A stretch of 64,000 nt of DNA from contig OZ219816.1 in NCBI GenBank assembly GCA_964291235.2, positions 64,001-128,000 of the forward strand. Direction: 5' to 3'. Shown here piece after piece: positions 10,104-18,592 of this stretch; the stretch's first letter is position 1; each line of letters begins with the position of its first letter. The translations under genes and the position numbers were made by a program. Source of the DNA: Vicinamibacteria bacterium. Its GTDB lineage: Bacteria > Acidobacteriota > Vicinamibacteria > Marinacidobacterales > Marinacidobacteraceae. The notes below the pieces were generated by a model. The model worked only from the letters and a program-made list of their open reading frames with translations. It had not been told where the DNA came from and did not search any database.

Positions 10104-10120
10104 CAAGGCGCCGGCACCGC

Positions 10121-11116
10121 ATGGACATCCTCGGCGATACCCGAATCAACTGGATCAAGTACCGGTGGTGGTTCGCCGGGATCTCCGCCGCGCTGCTCGT
10201 CGCCGGCATCTTCGACGTCGTCCGCAAGGGTGGTCTTCGCTACGGCATCGATTTCTCCGAGGGCACCATGGTTGTCGCCAAGTTCGCCGAGGCCCCGGAA
10301 ATCGATGCGGTGCGGGCGGTGGTCACCGAGCTCGGGTACGGAAGCGCCGTGATCCAGAGCTATGACCGGCCCGAAATGAATCAGGTCATGATCCGGGTTG
10401 AGAAGGCGCCGGAAGACGCGGCCCCCGAACAGGGCGCCGCCCCCGGGCCAACGGGACAAGCTCCGATCGACGAGACGGCCAATCGGATTCTCGACGGGCT
10501 TCGCGCCGGGACCGCGGGTGAGCTGGTCTCCTTCAGCACCGAGATCGTGGGCCCGGTCGTGGGTGAGGAGCTCCGGCGACGCGCCCGGAACGCCACCATC
10601 CTGGCCCTCTTCGCCATGCTCATCTATATCGGCTTCCGATTCGAGCCGGTATACGGGGTCGGTGCCACCGTCGCCGTCATTCACGACGTGCTCGTAACGC
10701 TGGCTCTCGTCTCGCTCTTCAACTACGAGATCAGCCTGAACGTGATTGCTGCGTTCATGACGCTCGTGGGCTATTCGGTGAATGACACGATTGTCATCTT
10801 CGACCGCGTCCGCGAAAACCGTCACATCCACCGCCGGCTGGAACTCGCGGACATCGTGAACCTCGCCATCAACCAGACGCTCCGGCGCACCGTCCTCACC
10901 TCGGGCCTCACCCTGCTCGCGGTGGGAGCACTGCTGACCTGGGGCGGTGAGGTGCTTCGCGCCTTTTCCTTCGTGCTGGTTGCCGGGGTCGTCGTGGGGA
11001 CCTACTCGTCGATCGCGATTGCCTCCCCGATCGTCCTCTGGTGGCGCTCGGCGCGCGGCGGAACGGCGGCCACCGCGGAACAGCAGCGGCCCCAGGCGCC
11101 TCCCGTCCGAGTCTGA
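10121..11116 (+). CDS. secF: Protein translocase subunit SecF
   Basis: GIDFSEG, VGPVVGEEL, IHDV, GYSVNDTIVIFDRVRE, GTYSSIAIASP. Confidence 0.98.
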   Translation: MDILGDTRINWIKYRWWFAGISAALLVAGIFDVVRKGGLRYGIDFSEGTMVVAKFAEAPEIDAVRAVVTELGYGSAVIQSYDRPEMNQVMIRVEKAPEDAAPEQGAAPGPTGQAPIDETANRILDGLRAGTAGELVSFSTEIVGPVVGEELRRRARNATILALFAMLIYIGFRFEPVYGVGATVAVIHDVLVTLALVSLFNYEISLNVIAAFMTLVGYSVNDTIVIFDRVRENRHIHRRLELADIVNLAINQTLRRTVLTSGLTLLAVGALLTWGGEVLRAFSFVLVAGVVVGTYSSIAIASPIVLWWRSARGGTAATAEQQRPQAPPVRV

Positions 11117-11145
11117 TCCGCCTGGCGGTTCACGCCGGGCAACCC

Positions 11146-11232
11146 GTCGGACGCCGGGGACGGCAACCGGGACCGCGGAGTGCGAGGGGTTCGACGACCG
11201 GTTCCCGAGCGCTCCCGTCCCGGGCATCCGAC
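11146..11232. other. Intergenic stem-loop after secF
   Basis: GTCGGACGCCGGGGACGG (11146-11163) is inverted-complementary to CCGTCCCGGGCATCCGAC (11215-11232) at 16/18 positions. Confidence 0.5.
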
Positions 11233-11338
11233 TCCCGCGCCTGAGCGCCTCCGCTGGGGCCGGGCTACACTCGCCCGGCGAGGTAACCGTCAGGTGCCGT
11301 CTCGGCGTTCCAGGGAAAGAACACGGATCCGCTTGGGT

Positions 11339-12067
11339 ATGCCGCACACACCCTCTCCGGGTTTCGGCCTCTCCCTCCCCCTCGGGCTGTCGCTGCACGG
11401 CGCGCTCCTGGCGTTGCTGCTCTACCCCTCCTTCTCCCTCAGAAACGGCGACCTGCCGGCCTTCGAGGCGTACCAGGTCCGCCTCTTCGCGCCTCCGCCA
11501 GCGGCGCTGCGCCGGGGGGATCCCACGGCGAGACCGGATCCCGAGGACCGCGCCGAGCGGACCGGGGATACGACTCGAACCCATCTCGCCACCCCACCGG
11601 CCCGCGCCGAGTTGGTGCAGGTACTCGAAGCGGCGGAAGTCCCTTCAACGTTCGGGGCGGAGCACGGCATTCCGGAGGGGCTCTGGGACGGGATGGAGTT
11701 CGGGCAGCGGGAGGGGGTGATCGGTGGAATTCCAGGAGGCGTTCCGGGGGGGCAGATCGGCGGACTCCGAAAGGATGCCGATCCGGTGCTACCGCCCCCG
11801 GACGAGCCACCAACCGCGCTGGCCATGCCGCACCCCCGCTTTCCCCGGGAGGCGCTTCGGAACGGGGTTCGCGGACGGGTCGTGCTGCGGGCCCTGATTA
11901 CCGAACGGGGGAGGGTCGAGGTGCTCCGGATTCTGCGATCGGTGCCCGAACTCGATTCCGAAGCCATCCGGGTCGTCGAGTCCGAGTGGAGATTCCGCCC
12001 GGCGCAACGCAACGGACGACCGGTGGCGTCGCTCAGCGATCTGGTGGTCCGATTCACATTGCGGTAG
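11339..12067 (+). CDS. tonB: Energy transducer TonB family protein (copy 1)
   Basis: N-terminal TM segment with SLHG, a GVIGGIPGGVPGG linker, and a TonB C-domain (PRFPREA...GRVVL...WRFRPA...GRPV). Confidence 0.85.
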   Translation: MPHTPSPGFGLSLPLGLSLHGALLALLLYPSFSLRNGDLPAFEAYQVRLFAPPPAALRRGDPTARPDPEDRAERTGDTTRTHLATPPARAELVQVLEAAEVPSTFGAEHGIPEGLWDGMEFGQREGVIGGIPGGVPGGQIGGLRKDADPVLPPPDEPPTALAMPHPRFPREALRNGVRGRVVLRALITERGRVEVLRILRSVPELDSEAIRVVESEWRFRPAQRNGRPVASLSDLVVRFTLR

Positions 12068-12069
12068 AG

Positions 12070-12261
12070 CTAGCAGCTCTCCCGGTGGGGCCAGTTATCC
12101 CGGTCGGGGGCCGGTTCCGCTGGGCTGAATCGCTGTTTGGTTCCGGAGCGGGGCGACAGCCGCGCGGAGAGCCCGGAGCGAGAGGGACGGGGGACGGGTT
12201 TGCCCGGCCCCCTTCCCTCTTGGCTCGCAAATGCCGCGTGATTTTGTCCACGGGCTGCTGG
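12070..12261. mobile_element. MITE-like element, reverse-oriented diverged copy
   Basis: Begins CTAGCAGC. GGTGGGGCCAGTTATCCCGGTCGGGGGCCGGTT matches the reverse complement of 2621-2655. The end GCCGCGTGATTTTGTCCACGGGCTGCTG is the reverse complement of the family's left terminus. Confidence 0.65.
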
Positions 12262-12341
12262 GGGAGGGGCCGCCCGTGGGAGGCGGGTTGGGCGGTGGGA
12301 CGGCACGCCCTCGCTCCGGCCTTCACGTCACCAATCCTCTG

Positions 12342-12371
12342 TTGACAGACCCCGGCCGAATACGCTATTTT
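12342..12371 (+). promoter_or_regulatory. Putative sigma70 promoter for the tonB-exbBD operon
   Basis: TTGACA-N18-TATTTT about 140 bp upstream of the tonB start. Confidence 0.45.
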
Positions 12372-12507
12372 TCTCCGTCTTCCCCAAGCAGCCTGGCAAG
12401 TCGTCTGTCGCTTTGTGCGGCCTCCGGAGTTGGCGACTCACCGGGCTGTTCTCCGCTGCCCCCTCCAAGGCCGAGGTCGGGTCGGATTCGGGGAGAAGGA
12501 GATCAAC

Positions 12508-13218
12508 GTGGCAAGAGAACCGACTTTCAGAGTGGCCGGATTGGACCAGAGCGCCGGGCGTTCCCTCGGCAGCTTCGCCTTCTCTTTCCTGCTCCAGGGT
12601 GGAGCCGTGATGGCGTTCATCATCATCCCCATCCTGACCGTCAACCTTCCGACGCCGGAAGGCATCATGACGTTCATGGCAGCTGCCCCGCCGCCGCCGC
12701 CGCCACCACCGCCGCCGCCGCCACCAAAGGCCAGGCGCCGGGCGGCGCCCAAGCCGGTGCTCAACACCACCCCGCAGTTCGTGGCTCCCGTGGATATCCC
12801 CGATGATCTCGGCGACGCGGGTGTCGACTTTGGTGTTCCGGGTGGTGTCGAAGGCGGCGTGCCGGGCGGCATCATCGGCGGAATCGTCGGCGGGCTGCCT
12901 TCCGGCCCCCCTCCTCCGCCGCCCAAGGCTGCTCCTGTCCGCGTCGGCGGAGAGATTCGGGAACCGACCCGCACGGTGTACGTCCAGCCGATCTATCCGG
13001 AAATCGCCAAGCAAGCGCGGGTCTCCGGAGTAGTCATCCTGGAAGCCATCATTGACCCGAGCGGGAATGTGACCAACATTTCCGTTTTGCGCTCGATTCC
13101 ACTCCTTGATCAGGCGGCGATGGACGCCGTGCGACAGTGGAAGTACCAACCCACTCTGCTCAACGGGGTTCCGGTGCCCATCGTCATGACCGTGACGGTG
13201 ACCTTCAACCTTGGCTGA
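12508..13218 (+). CDS. tonB: Energy transducer TonB family protein (copy 2)
   Basis: GAAGGAG RBS and GTG start; TM segment, poly-Pro tract, GGVEGGVPGG, PVRVGG, YPEIAKQARVSGVVILEAII, QWKYQPTLLNGVPV. Confidence 0.92.
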   Translation: MAREPTFRVAGLDQSAGRSLGSFAFSFLLQGGAVMAFIIIPILTVNLPTPEGIMTFMAAAPPPPPPPPPPPPPKARRRAAPKPVLNTTPQFVAPVDIPDDLGDAGVDFGVPGGVEGGVPGGIIGGIVGGLPSGPPPPPPKAAPVRVGGEIREPTRTVYVQPIYPEIAKQARVSGVVILEAIIDPSGNVTNISVLRSIPLLDQAAMDAVRQWKYQPTLLNGVPVPIVMTVTVTFNLG

Positions 13219-13415
13219 CGCCCCTCCCGAAGGCTTGTCCGGCAATCCGGTTTCCTGACGCAACCCGAGACCACAACTCTTTTCAAGAACGATTTCGCTC
13301 TGCCCCCTGCCCGGAGTGACCAGATCGCAGCGACCCGATTCGTGCCGATCCTCAGTCCGATCCGGCGTGGGGGAACACAACCACTTTTTTCCTAGATCCC
13401 AGGAGGACGAACGGA

Positions 13416-14084
13416 ATGTCTTTTGACTTGCTTGAGATCTGGTCCCACATGGGGCCGGCTGCAAAGCTGATCAACGGCGTGATGGCCATCATGTCGGTTT
13501 ATTCGCTCTCGATCATGATCGAGCGCTGGCTGACCTACCGGAAAGCCAAGGGCCAGTCCCGCGGTTACTCGGTGCGTATCGCCAAGGAACTCAAGGCCGG
13601 AAACATCGACACCGCCATCAAGGTGAGCAAGGACAAGGATGTCAAGAACAGCCACCTCGCCAAGGTGCTGCTCGCCGGTCTTCAGGAAGTGCAGTACCAG
13701 TCCGAAGAAGGCGGTGCTGACAAGGACACGACGATGGAGGCTGCCCACCGGGCCATCCAGCGGGCCACCGCCATCGGCATGATGGATCTCCGTCGCAACC
13801 TGTCCGGGCTCGCCACCGTGGGCGCCACCGCCCCCTTCGTGGGCCTCCTGGGTACTGTGCTCGGCATCATCACCGCTTTCCGCGGCATGGCGCTGACGGG
13901 ATCAGGCGGAATCGGCGCGGTGTCTGCCGGGATCGCCGAGGCGCTCATCGCAACCGCGTTCGGGCTCTTCGTCGCCATTCCTGCCGTGTGGGCGTTCAAC
14001 TACCTCACGAACCGGGCCGATGGCTTCGGCGTGGAAATGGACAACGGCGCCTCCGAACTCATCGACTTCATGGCGCGCCGCTAA
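13416..14084 (+). CDS. exbB: MotA/TolQ/ExbB proton channel protein
   Basis: LATVGATAPFVGLLGTVLGI, GIAEALIATAFGLFVAIPA; AGGAGG RBS. Confidence 0.93.
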   Translation: MSFDLLEIWSHMGPAAKLINGVMAIMSVYSLSIMIERWLTYRKAKGQSRGYSVRIAKELKAGNIDTAIKVSKDKDVKNSHLAKVLLAGLQEVQYQSEEGGADKDTTMEAAHRAIQRATAIGMMDLRRNLSGLATVGATAPFVGLLGTVLGIITAFRGMALTGSGGIGAVSAGIAEALIATAFGLFVAIPAVWAFNYLTNRADGFGVEMDNGASELIDFMARR

Positions 14085-14230
14085 CGCGGACCTTTCGGAG
14101 TCCCCTCTTCATGTCCTGTCGGCGCCGATTCGCCAAAGCCTCCCCGGCAATGGCCGAGCGGCGTCGGCAGGCCCCATTCCGTAGCCGCCCTCGGCGGACG
14201 TGGAACGGGAAAACCAAGGAGTAACGCGTC

Positions 14231-14641
14231 ATGGGAATGGCAGGACTTGGTAGCAAGGACGTAAACGCCAACATCAACGTGACCCCCCTGGCGGATGTCA
14301 TGCTGGTGTTGCTCATCATCTTCATGGTTGTGACACCGCTCCTGCAGAAGGGAGTGGACGTCAAACTTCCGGTGGCCGATTACGGCCTTGATCACCCCGA
14401 CAGCGATGACGTGGTGAACGTGGCGATCCGGGAGGACGGGGCGATCTATCTCGACCTCATCTCCACGACCCAGCAGGAATTGCCGACCGCTCTCGCCAAC
14501 AAGTTCATGGGCAAGTCAGAGAAGGTTCTTTTCCTGAAGGCCGACGAGCGGCTCGCTTACCACGAGGTGCTCGGCATCATGTCACTTTGTCGCGATGGCG
14601 GAGCCGAAGAGATCGGCCTCATCACGGAACGCGCCGAGTAA
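14231..14641 (+). CDS. exbD: ExbD/TolR family protein 1
   Basis: INVTPLADVMLVLLIIFMV with the conserved TM Asp; FLKAD. Confidence 0.93.
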   Translation: MGMAGLGSKDVNANINVTPLADVMLVLLIIFMVVTPLLQKGVDVKLPVADYGLDHPDSDDVVNVAIREDGAIYLDLISTTQQELPTALANKFMGKSEKVLFLKADERLAYHEVLGIMSLCRDGGAEEIGLITERAE

Positions 14642-14677
14642 GCAACCCGCAAGGGCTGACATACAGGAGAAACCATC

Positions 14678-15082
14678 ATGGGAATGGCAGGATTCGCCTC
14701 TGGCGGAGTCACTTCCGACATCAACATCACACCGCTGATTGACGTACTTCTGGTGCTGCTCATCATCTTCATGGTCGTGACGCCGCTCACGCAGCAGGGG
14801 CACGACGTGGAAATGCCGGACAACGAGGACCAAGTCATCGATGCCGAGCCGGATCCGAACCAGCTCGTGTTGAGTATCGATTCAAGCAATCAGGTGACCA
14901 TCAACAAACAAGTGGTGGCGCGGGAGGAACTCCCCCTGCGCATCCGCGACATCTTCGAGACCCGCGCCGACAAGACCATCTTTCTGAAAGCTGACCCCTT
15001 CCTGACCTACGGAGATGTCGTCTCCGTTCTGGACATCGTGAAGGGGAACGGCGTCGAGCGCGTGGGAATCGTTGCCCAATAG
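14678..15082 (+). CDS. exbD: ExbD/TolR family protein 2
   Basis: INITPLIDVLLVLLIIFMV; FLKAD...YGDVVSVLD. Confidence 0.93.
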   Translation: MGMAGFASGGVTSDINITPLIDVLLVLLIIFMVVTPLTQQGHDVEMPDNEDQVIDAEPDPNQLVLSIDSSNQVTINKQVVAREELPLRIRDIFETRADKTIFLKADPFLTYGDVVSVLDIVKGNGVERVGIVAQ

Positions 15083-15112
15083 CCGCTCGCGCGACCAGGG
15101 AGATCACACGCC

Positions 15113-16198
15113 GTGAACCAGAAACAAAAGAAGATCGCCCTCATCTCGGGTGGGGTAGTTCTTGCGCTCACCATAGGAATCGCAGTCTCTCCACTTCCGT
15201 CCTTCTTGAGCAACTACGTTGACATGCTGCAGGCGATGCGGGCCTTCGGCAAGGCGAACGAGGCTTACGGCAGGCGGGAATACGAGGATGCGATCCGGTA
15301 CTACGCCGAGGCCACCGCGAACGCCCCGGACAACAACCCGCTGATCCAGACGACGCTGCGCTTTTTCAGCGCCAGCAGCAATCATCTGCTTTACAGCCCG
15401 ACGACGTTCGACGATCCGCAGAACGAGGAGTATCTCGACAACGCGCTCGACCTCTACGAGGACACGCTCGATGTGGTTGATTCCGCGCTCGCGGACCCGG
15501 ATCTCGACCAGGCGTCGAAGGAGGGCATTTCGCTCTACGAAAAGTACGCCTCCGAACAGCTGGCCGGCATTCACCGTGACCACCTCGATGATCTCGAAGG
15601 GGCGGAGCACTACTTCAATCGCCTGATCGAATTGGATCCGGACAGTCCGGAGCTCTACTACGGGCTGGCCGACGTGTACGAGCGGTTTCACGATCCAGAC
15701 AACAATCCACTCCTCGACAAGGCGATCGCCGCCTACGAAAGACCGGTCGAGATGAATCCCGACGATCCGATCGGGTACCGGCAGGTCGCCAACCTGTACA
15801 ACAAGTACGGTCGTTTCGACGACACGATGGAGTGGCTCGAACGGGCGCGGGACGTAAACCCGGACAACCCGGAGGGTTACTACCTGATCGCGACCTACTA
15901 CTGGGACAAGGTCTATCGTGACCCCGATCTATCGGCAGGGGACCGTCGTGAATTCATTGACCTCGGAATCGTGCAACTCGACCTGGCCCTGGAGCGCAAC
16001 GACGAATACGTGGACGCGCTCGTCTACAAGAACCTGCTCCTCCGGGAACTGGCCAAGGTAGATCCCAGGAACGAGGCGGCCCTGGTCGCCGAAGCCGACG
16101 AGTACCGGAACCGGGCTATTGAGATCCGCGACCGGATGGCCGCGGAAGCAGCCGAGGCGGCAGCCGCGGCGGCGGAAGCAGCCACCCAGGAGCGCTGA
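15113..16198 (+). CDS. Membrane-anchored acidic tetratricopeptide-repeat protein
   Basis: N-terminal TM/signal; TPR-like segments (AEHYFNRLIELDPDSPELYYGLA, ARDVNPDNPEGYYLIA). Confidence 0.85.
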   Translation: MNQKQKKIALISGGVVLALTIGIAVSPLPSFLSNYVDMLQAMRAFGKANEAYGRREYEDAIRYYAEATANAPDNNPLIQTTLRFFSASSNHLLYSPTTFDDPQNEEYLDNALDLYEDTLDVVDSALADPDLDQASKEGISLYEKYASEQLAGIHRDHLDDLEGAEHYFNRLIELDPDSPELYYGLADVYERFHDPDNNPLLDKAIAAYERPVEMNPDDPIGYRQVANLYNKYGRFDDTMEWLERARDVNPDNPEGYYLIATYYWDKVYRDPDLSAGDRREFIDLGIVQLDLALERNDEYVDALVYKNLLLRELAKVDPRNEAALVAEADEYRNRAIEIRDRMAAEAAEAAAAAAEAATQER

Positions 16199-16228
16199 CC
16201 CGCGGAGCACCGACAAACCGAGTTCAGG

Positions 16229-16272
16229 CCCCGTCGGCCGCGCGCTCCGGCCGCGGCCGACGGGGTTTTTTT
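16229..16272 (+). terminator. Rho-independent terminator
   Basis: CCCCGTCGGCCGCG-loop-CGCGGCCGACGGGG followed by T7. Confidence 0.9.
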
Positions 16273-16393
16273 GATCCCACGCGCCGGGAACGGATGCCCG
16301 GCAGGCCAAGCGCAGGCTCCACAATGACCAAGGTTCCTTCAACTCGATCCAACACTATTCGCTGCTAGGGTAGGGCCGGAGACAGGGCGAACA

Positions 16394-18568
16394 ATGATTC
16401 GGTTCGAAACGATTCGGGACCGGGTCCGGGCGTATCAGCCCGAAGCCGACTTCGACCTCCTCCGGGCCGCCTACGTGGTGGCGGCACAGGCTCATCAGGG
16501 GCAGGTTCGCCGCTCGGGGGAGCCATACCTGAACCACCCGCTCGAGGTGGCTGGAATCCTCGCGGACCTGAGGTTGGACATCGTCTCGGTCGCCTGCGGG
16601 CTCCTCCATGACGTGGTCGAGGACACCCACGTCACGAACGAGGACCTCGAACGTCGCTTTGGACGGGACGTGGGCCGCGTGATCGACGGCCTCACCAAGC
16701 TCAGCCGGGTGGAATTCAGTTCGGCGGAGGCCAATCAGGCGGAAAACGTCCGCAAGATGATCATCGCGATGACGGATGACACCAGGGTCATCCTGATCAA
16801 ACTCGCTGACCGCCTGCACAACATGCGGACACTCGACTTTCTCCGCGAGGAAAAACGGCAACGGATCGCCACCGAGACACTGGATGTTTACGCTCCAATC
16901 GCCGGGCGCCTCGGCATCGGCCGGATCGAGGCCGAGCTTCAGGATCTGGCCCTTCGCCATCTCGAGCCGCAGACGTATCGAGTTCTGGACGCCCGGGTCA
17001 AGGCCAAGAAACGATGGGCGGAGGACTTTATTCGGGACCTCAGTCGCACCCTGAAGCGCGAGCTTCAGGCCGAGACGATCCCGGGGGAACTGTCGGGCCG
17101 TACGAAGAGCATCTACTCCATCTATCGGAAGATGCACCGTCAGCAGATCGAACTCGACCAGATGTACGACTTCATTGCCCTCCGGCTGGTGACCGACACC
17201 GTACCCCACTGCTATACGGCGCTCGGCGTGATCCACAACGTCTGGAAACCCATCCCGGGACGCATCAAGGACTTCATCGCCATGCCGCGCGCCAACGGGT
17301 ACCAGTCGCTGCATACCAGCCTGATGACGGATTCCGGGACGCACTTCGAAGTCCAGATCCGCACCACCGACATGCACCGGGTAGCCGAAGAGGGCATCGC
17401 GGCTCACTGGAGCTACAAGTCTTCCGGAAGCTACGGGGAGCAGGACATCAAGCGCTTTGCGTGGCTACGGCAGGTTCTGGAGTGGCAGAAGGAAGTCAAG
17501 GATCCCCACGAGTTCCTGAGCAGCCTCAAGATCGATCTCTACCCCGACGAGGTGCACTGCTTCACGCCGCGCGGCGAGGTCAAATCGCTTCCCCGAGGGG
17601 CGACTCCCATCGACTTTGCATACGCGATCCACACCGAGGTTGGCCACGGCTGTATCGGGGCGCGGGTCAATGGCGCCATGGCGCCCCTGCGGTATCAGCT
17701 CCGGAATGGCGACATTTGCGAGATCCTGACCCGCAAGAACCATCTGCCCAGCGAGGACTGGCTCAAGATCGCGCGTACCAACCGCGCGAAGAGCAAGATC
17801 CGAGCGCGGCTGAATGCCGAAGCCAAGCGGGAGAGCATTGAAATCGGGCGCAAGCTCCTCGAAAAGGAGGCCCGCGGCCATGGAATGAGTCTCCGCCGGG
17901 TTCGCTCCGCGCCCGGGTTGGCCGATGCGCTAAAGCGCCACGGCACCGCGACCCTGGACGATTTTTTTGCTGCCATCGGCTACGGCAAGCTGTCGGCCGC
18001 ACGCGCCCTCGCCGACGCCGTCCCCTCCGAGCAACTCAAACGCGCACCCGCAAAGGAACCTCCCGCCGAGACCGGTTTCGCGGGGGCGGTCCGACGAATC
18101 ATCGGACGGGATCCGGGGCAGATCCTGGTCAGTGGCCAGAACGACATCCTGGTTCACCGGGCGCGGTGTTGTTCCCCGCTGCCTGGTGAAGCGATCGCCG
18201 GATACATCACCAAGGGGAAGGGAGTCGCCGTCCATGCCGCCAAGTGCCGCCATCTGGCGGACCTGGCGCGGGATCCGGAGCGTCAGGTTGCCGTGTCCTG
18301 GAAATCCACCACCGGCGCACGGTATGACGCCGGCTTCCTGGTACGCGTCGAAAACCGCAAGGGGATGCTCGCCGACATCACCAAGATCATTGCCGAGGCC
18401 GACACCGACATCCGGGCGTTCGAAGGAACCGCCGACGATGCGGAGCGGGGAGACATCTATGTCACCGTGGCTGTCCAGAACGCCAAGGAGGTCGGAGCTA
18501 TCTCCCGCCTGTTGCAAACCGTCCCGGGAGTGATCGAGGTCCAGCGGGGATCGCCGTCCCCCCGGTAG
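16394..18568 (+). CDS. relA: Bifunctional (p)ppGpp synthetase/hydrolase (long RSH)
   Basis: Intact HD domain (HPLEVA, LLHDVVED); synthetase motifs (RIKD, NGYQSLHT, EVQIRT); TGS (DFAYAIHTEVG); CC and ACT domains. Confidence 0.97.
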   Translation: MIRFETIRDRVRAYQPEADFDLLRAAYVVAAQAHQGQVRRSGEPYLNHPLEVAGILADLRLDIVSVACGLLHDVVEDTHVTNEDLERRFGRDVGRVIDGLTKLSRVEFSSAEANQAENVRKMIIAMTDDTRVILIKLADRLHNMRTLDFLREEKRQRIATETLDVYAPIAGRLGIGRIEAELQDLALRHLEPQTYRVLDARVKAKKRWAEDFIRDLSRTLKRELQAETIPGELSGRTKSIYSIYRKMHRQQIELDQMYDFIALRLVTDTVPHCYTALGVIHNVWKPIPGRIKDFIAMPRANGYQSLHTSLMTDSGTHFEVQIRTTDMHRVAEEGIAAHWSYKSSGSYGEQDIKRFAWLRQVLEWQKEVKDPHEFLSSLKIDLYPDEVHCFTPRGEVKSLPRGATPIDFAYAIHTEVGHGCIGARVNGAMAPLRYQLRNGDICEILTRKNHLPSEDWLKIARTNRAKSKIRARLNAEAKRESIEIGRKLLEKEARGHGMSLRRVRSAPGLADALKRHGTATLDDFFAAIGYGKLSAARALADAVPSEQLKRAPAKEPPAETGFAGAVRRIIGRDPGQILVSGQNDILVHRARCCSPLPGEAIAGYITKGKGVAVHAAKCRHLADLARDPERQVAVSWKSTTGARYDAGFLVRVENRKGMLADITKIIAEADTDIRAFEGTADDAERGDIYVTVAVQNAKEVGAISRLLQTVPGVIEVQRGSPSPR

Positions 18569-18592
18569 GCGGGGCGCTCCGGACGAGGGCTC

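Noticed and set aside
12686-12726. CCG/CCA trinucleotide run as a contingency locus
   Set aside because: It encodes the normal poly-proline spacer of TonB, and in-frame changes would not switch expression.
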